A DNA stretch of 64,000 nucleotides from Ophelia neglecta. Taxonomy: Eukaryota. The stretch covers positions 111,538,001 to 111,602,000 of the forward strand of contig OZ260663.1 in the NCBI GenBank assembly GCA_965285935.1, in the 5' to 3' direction. The notes under the pieces were generated by a model. That model was not told the origin of the DNA. It made no database searches and saw only the letters and a program-made list of their open reading frames with translations. Positions 58,900 through 64,000 of the stretch are shown here, piece after piece. A program made the position numbers and the translations under genes. Each line of letters starts with the position of its first letter. Positions within the stretch are counted from its first letter, which is position 1.

Positions 58900-59146
58900 G
58901 ATATGTGGGCCTGCAGCTGATAGCTCCCAACTGGGGATTGATCTTTTCGGGCCTGCAGCTGTAGGTTATTAACGGAGAATTGATGTTTGTGGGCGTGCAG
59001 CATTTAGTTCGTAACTGGGGATTGATGTTTTGTGACTTTTCAGCTGATAGATCTAGTGGGAGAATGATGTCTGCGGGCCTGCAACTGATGGTTTTTAAGT
59101 TGGGATTGATATCTGTGCATCTACAGCTGATGGTTCCTAACTAGGA
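58900..59146. repeat. 42-bp minisatellite x6
   Basis: GGGCCTGCAGCTGATAGCTCCCAACTGGGGATTGAT-like units at 58907, 58949, 58991, ~59033, 59075 and ~59117. Confidence 0.85.
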
Positions 59147-60399
59147 GGGAGAAGGTGGTTGCTTGATGTGGTTTCTATTTATGAAACAGGCCAAATAGCA
59201 ATATTGGTTTTAAGCTTAGTGGGTAAGGCACATTGCCGGACATAATAAGGCAATACACACGCACAAATTTATGTTTAGTATTGCAATGCTTGGAGAGCTT
59301 TTGTCGTAAAACAGACTTATGCCCAACCTAGCATATTTCATCGAATCTATTTTGTTTTCTAGTGAGTTCTCGCTTTTCATCCAGTAAAGAATTGTCGCTA
59401 TTAAATCATACACGGTAATTGCCATTTATAGGGTAACCATAGAAACCAGTAGTTGCCAGATTTTCTGTGCTGTTAACGATCTGTTTGTTCATTTTACCAG
59501 CGTAGGTTCGTTAAAAATGTAGGATGGGTCTCTCTCGCTTTACAGTGATGCAGACTAGCGAAGGTAGCTCGCTTCACACATGATTTATCAGGGCTCTATT
59601 TGGCGGGCGGTGTCCATGCATTCTAAATATTGGCATTTTCTCCTTCCATTACAGAAAATATCTATTGTACCTACTCCATTTTCTATTTCAAACGCGGTTA
59701 GACCCATAACTCCAGATACTTATCTTTGTAGGCATTATGAATTGTCCATGGGACTACCCACATATTGTTTTGTAGGATCTTTAACATCCATATATCTCGG
59801 AGATGGTACTACTCATGTTGCACTACATGTGTATGGGACCCTACAAGGATGACGCTAAGATTGAAGGGATTATTTATCAACTCGGTTAAGCTATAGTTCT
59901 ATCGGATCTATTACACGTGGTAGAACGAATTCAACTAGGTTTTTGCCTTGATGGCTATGGCAATGGTAGGTTGCTACCATGTTTTATGGATGTGGAAGGT
60001 GCGGATATACTTTTTCCCGAGACGTTAATTAAAATAGTAACGAATGTTCTACCTTGCAAGGCCTGGCTGTGAATGTCACAAGTCTTGAATGTTGTAACGC
60101 CTCGTGGTAATATTTTGTACGACCATCGATTAAGCTATGAAAAGAATGTTCTTTGTGTGCTTTCTTGGCCAAGGTATGTTGTTAGTATAATCGCTGGTCG
60201 CTATTGCTTTGATAAAGACATACATACTGGCATTATCAACGACATTGATAGAACGTCTCTCACACTGGGGGGTAAATCGCTGCCAACGAGCCTGTAAACG
60301 AGCCCTTCCTACTAAACCTGGCTAACGAGACGCTTTCGACAAAGGATAATATTTTGTGGGCCCCCGCTTAGAAATAAAGAATGATTCCAGGCCTCAGAA

Positions 60400-61900
60400 G
60401 GATGCAGTACCTAAGGCTGACAAAGATTTATCTCTTGGAAAAAGGCCAGCCTTGCTACTAGACAGCAATGCATCAGCAAAAATACAACATGCTGATATCT
60501 TAGTTACTCTTTGGGATATAATTACAGCTGCTCGTGACTTTGTTGTTGTAATGCATAGTGCCGGACAGAACACGAAACTAAGTAAGACAGGGGTCAAAGG
60601 TGGAATAAACATATACATTTTAGAATTGGATCTAGTCTAAACTTTTTATTTTTATTCTAAATATTTCTAAACGCTCAACGAAAAGACTATGTTATATTTA
60701 AAAGAAACTATTTAGGGACAGCAATTACTATCATCGCCGAAAAAGATCAAATGCAGAAACTCTTGATGGTCACCAATGAGTCAATTGCATTATAGCAGTT
60801 CAGGGCCTCTTAGTAGTGTATCACTTGCTGAAAGGCACGATTATTTCAATGACTTGCTGAATTTGCAGTCTAAATTGTTCCATTTTTAGCTGGGTGAGTA
60901 ATTAACTTGCCAAATGGTAAGGCGGCTGAAGTTGTTCCTTTATCATACTAGATGTAAAATACAAAGATGACAAAAATAGTATTGATATTTTAGGTCCACA
61001 TATTGTCTTTTGTTTAATTGTGCTATGAATTCCAGAGTTTAACCTGATCAGAGGTGTACTGCAATAATTAGTCATTAACACAAAGCAGTTCAAAATCTGA
61101 CTTAAACAACTGCAGAGGAATTTCTCAACTGTGTACTATTGCTAGATTTTAATAAATAGAATATCTTCTGAAAATAATGATCTGTTAAACGAGTCTTTCG
61201 AATGCCCGCTCAGGGGTATATCTTAGTGAATGTTTTCCGAATATATTCATGGTTATCTCTGCTGTTGATATATCCATGCCGAATAACACTGCTGGTCGAC
61301 TGCATAAAGAGTTGGAAACAAGGCATACATTTTGTTAAAAAATATGCTTTCAAAGTGAATACATTCAAGACTAAATTAATTTCATTAATGAGAGGAAGTG
61401 GCCTTGAATCAAATGAAAGATGGTGTATTAATGGAGCAGAGCTTGTATGCGCGCCATATTATACATACCTAGGAGTGATGTTTTAATGGACCAGAACTTG
61501 AATGTTAGACATATCTGAGTGTAATATTTTAATGGAGCAGAGCTTGTATGCGCGCCATGCTACACATATCTTGATGTGATATTTTAATGGAGCAGAGCTT
61601 GTATGCGCGCCATGCTACACATATCTTGATGTGATATTTTAATGGAGCAGAGCTTGTATGCGCGCCATGCTACACATACCTGGGTGTGATGTTTTATAGC
61701 CACAAAGACATTGGTCAATCAAGCAGGGAAACCTACCAGAGGGATTAGTAAACTACTAACCCCCTATCTGTTAACCAGACGTCTGTTTATCTTGACAATA
61801 TAATCATGCTATCCTGCTATATGGATCAGAAGACAGGGGTTATTATATGTTTTTTTTATTGATATTCTTTATTCCTTCAAATTGGAGAGCATGAAACAAG
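60400..61900 (+). pseudogene. Decayed LINE ORF2 (EN and RT relics, RTEX-like)
   Basis: ADILVTLW and KGGINIYI (EN, 60490-60620); KVNTFKTKLI and YTYLGVMF (RT, 61350-61485); ILLYGSEDRG (cf. LLYGSEVWG, ~61810). Confidence 0.65.
61430..61695. repeat. 55-bp tandem array x5 derived from LINE RT sequence
   Basis: AATGGAGCAGAGCTTGTATGCGCGCCATGCTACACATATCTTGATGTGATATTTT at 61430, 61485 (shortened), 61531, 61586 and 61641. Confidence 0.92.
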
Positions 61901-64000
61901 TTACAATATAACAAAAGGTGCAATGTCACAGAAATGATGTATGGGGAGTGAATATAAGCTATTAGCATAAATGAGAAAAAACATAGTATACATTAAACTG
62001 TGATAGCGCACAGTATCTAGAGCAGTACATAATGCTCCAGTAGTAGATTATATGTTATGAATCGATTTAGAAACACTTAGAAACATTTATATCCAACTCG
62101 GCCAATTCCGTCAGAGATGCTTTTTTACGGTTACGGATTGACACGACTGATGCGTTTTTCTGTTCATTGTTTTGCAGTGAGTTTCTACAAATGTATGCTA
62201 TGCCTCTAGTGGTTAGGTGTTTATGTCTTTCAACCACTTTGGTCTGTGGCATAACAATGAAACGCCGCGAGGGCCATGATCATTATAGTCAGAATATCTG
62301 TCTGTGACATACTAGGTAATAAAGTCAGACAATCCAATTTGCCTCTTGTAAGCCCCGTTTGTTGTTGATGACTTTAAGTCCTATGTCGTTTCAAGGAGGC
62401 TGTAAGCCATCTGTGCCTTTGCTATGAGGCCGGCGAGCCATCGCATAAACGGGTAATTCCTACCGGCGGAGTCATGACCACCAGTTTTATTGTTTCTCTC
62501 AAAATGTTTTAACGGTAAAGCATATGGTTCTTCCTAGTCTATTAGTTTAAACAGCAGTGCCTCTTACAATATGCCCCTTTAAGTTGTCGTCAGTTTTGTT
62601 AAATTTAAATACGCTTATATATCTGTATGCATATTTATACTATGAAGACTGGGACATTTTTATATAACTACATACATATATAATCAATGGCTCATTACCC
62701 ATTTCTTATAACAGAACAAATGAATAGACTATACGCTCAAACAATGAATACCTACACTATATCATGCATTACGGCAATAATCACAATATTGATACAGAAA
62801 GATATATATGTACATGGTCAGGCAAGTCAGTGTCTAATCTGAAAAAATCACTATCGAATGCACACTCAGAATAATAACTTATATTACCATCTAAGTGCCA
62901 GAAGTTGATCAAGGCTAATGGAAAAAGGGTGTTAATCATTTTCCTTGATGTGATTATTTTACACCCAAGAAACTACAATAATCAAAGCAGAAGAAAAATT
63001 CAAGGCAAAAACCATGTATTAGGAATATTTAGAAAAAAAATTTCAACAAACAACAGGCCATGAAACTAGAACATGTTTAAAGAGCTCGCTTTCACCCTGC
63101 CAAGGACGTGCGCGCCTTGCCGAGAGGACACTGACAGGAAACCCGCCGTTGAAAAGAGTAGACATCGCACTTCCTATCACCTAATCAACAAGAAGCAACC
63201 GCCCAAATCCACAGAATCAAAGCAAGGCAAACAATTTGGAACATGACATTTAAATATTTCTCTTTCAAAGTTTGACCCGTGATGAGCCAACCTATTGTTC
63301 GCTTGTATATTCCGGGAAATATTTGATATATTTAAAAATCTATCAGCTTGCGGTATAGCTGCGTATGGTGAAAGGTCGATGTACACTGTAAATTGATGCT
63401 TATAGACCCATTCATAAATGTATATGCTAATACCCGAAGTATTCCTTCTGATAGTATTGCTTAAGGGTGCATAATAGCCATAAGAAACTTGAGTATGATG
63501 GAATCGATACTTAGGGGCAAATGCCCTCTCTATCTTTTAATCTATTCACCGTCTGGTTTAGCTCCTCCATGTCATGTCAATAGCAGCCTTCTAAAAAGAA
63601 TCACCCTTTTTTGTTTTCTATTGAGATTTAGAGTATTTGATGAGTGATATTTTTTACTTACTTACATGGTTTTGTTTAGGTTTGTTATATTCATTGCCTT
63701 ACATTCATTAATTATCGTGCCTTTTTAATTTAGCGTTTAGCTCATTTTATGTAAAACATAAGTCAGTAATTGTTTAAATATGATCTTTATCCAGTCACCA
63801 CATCACGAATGAAGGCATCGCAAATCATAAATCAATGCAAAAATGATTTGATGGTTAAATTCTCCACACATACTTTCATTAATCAACATTCTATTCCTAT
63901 GTTAAGGGTCTTATTTGTAGTGCTGTTATAATTACACAGCATTTGTGAAGCATATGTTGTTATTAATTCAAGCAGCACATGCTTTCATTAAGGACCCAGA

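Noticed and set aside
2468-63386. The many 60-120 aa ORFs in the track
   Set aside because: No recognisable domains. They are antisense shadows of the LINE, translations of repeats or SINEs, LINE relics, or span the N gap.

Overview
Eukaryotic, repeat-rich, apparently gene-poor window from an invertebrate animal genome; a marine lophotrochozoan is suggested by the SINE type but not proven. I see no host protein-coding gene. The only long ORFs belong to one young non-LTR retrotransposon (7180-11867, + strand). It carries ORF1 plus an APE-endonuclease/reverse-transcriptase ORF2 with a single frameshift and a QADD catalytic motif, ends in an (AAC)n tail, and sits in a 37-bp minisatellite between perfect 40-bp direct repeats. 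Two copies of a tRNA-headed Meta-type SINE lie in inverted orientation, and one has grown a 5 x 67-bp array. A ~4.8-kb non-autonomous Helentron/Helitron2-like element (22142-26977) has a CpG-rich promoter-like head, a CpG-poor body with canonical micro-exons, and nested MITEs. The rest is TIR MITEs, decayed LINE fragments, minisatellites, tandem duplications, a 140-N assembly gap and enhancer-like islands, two of which (17.36 kb and 37.6 kb) share a 26-nt motif. All calls were made by eye; family names are inferences, not database hits.
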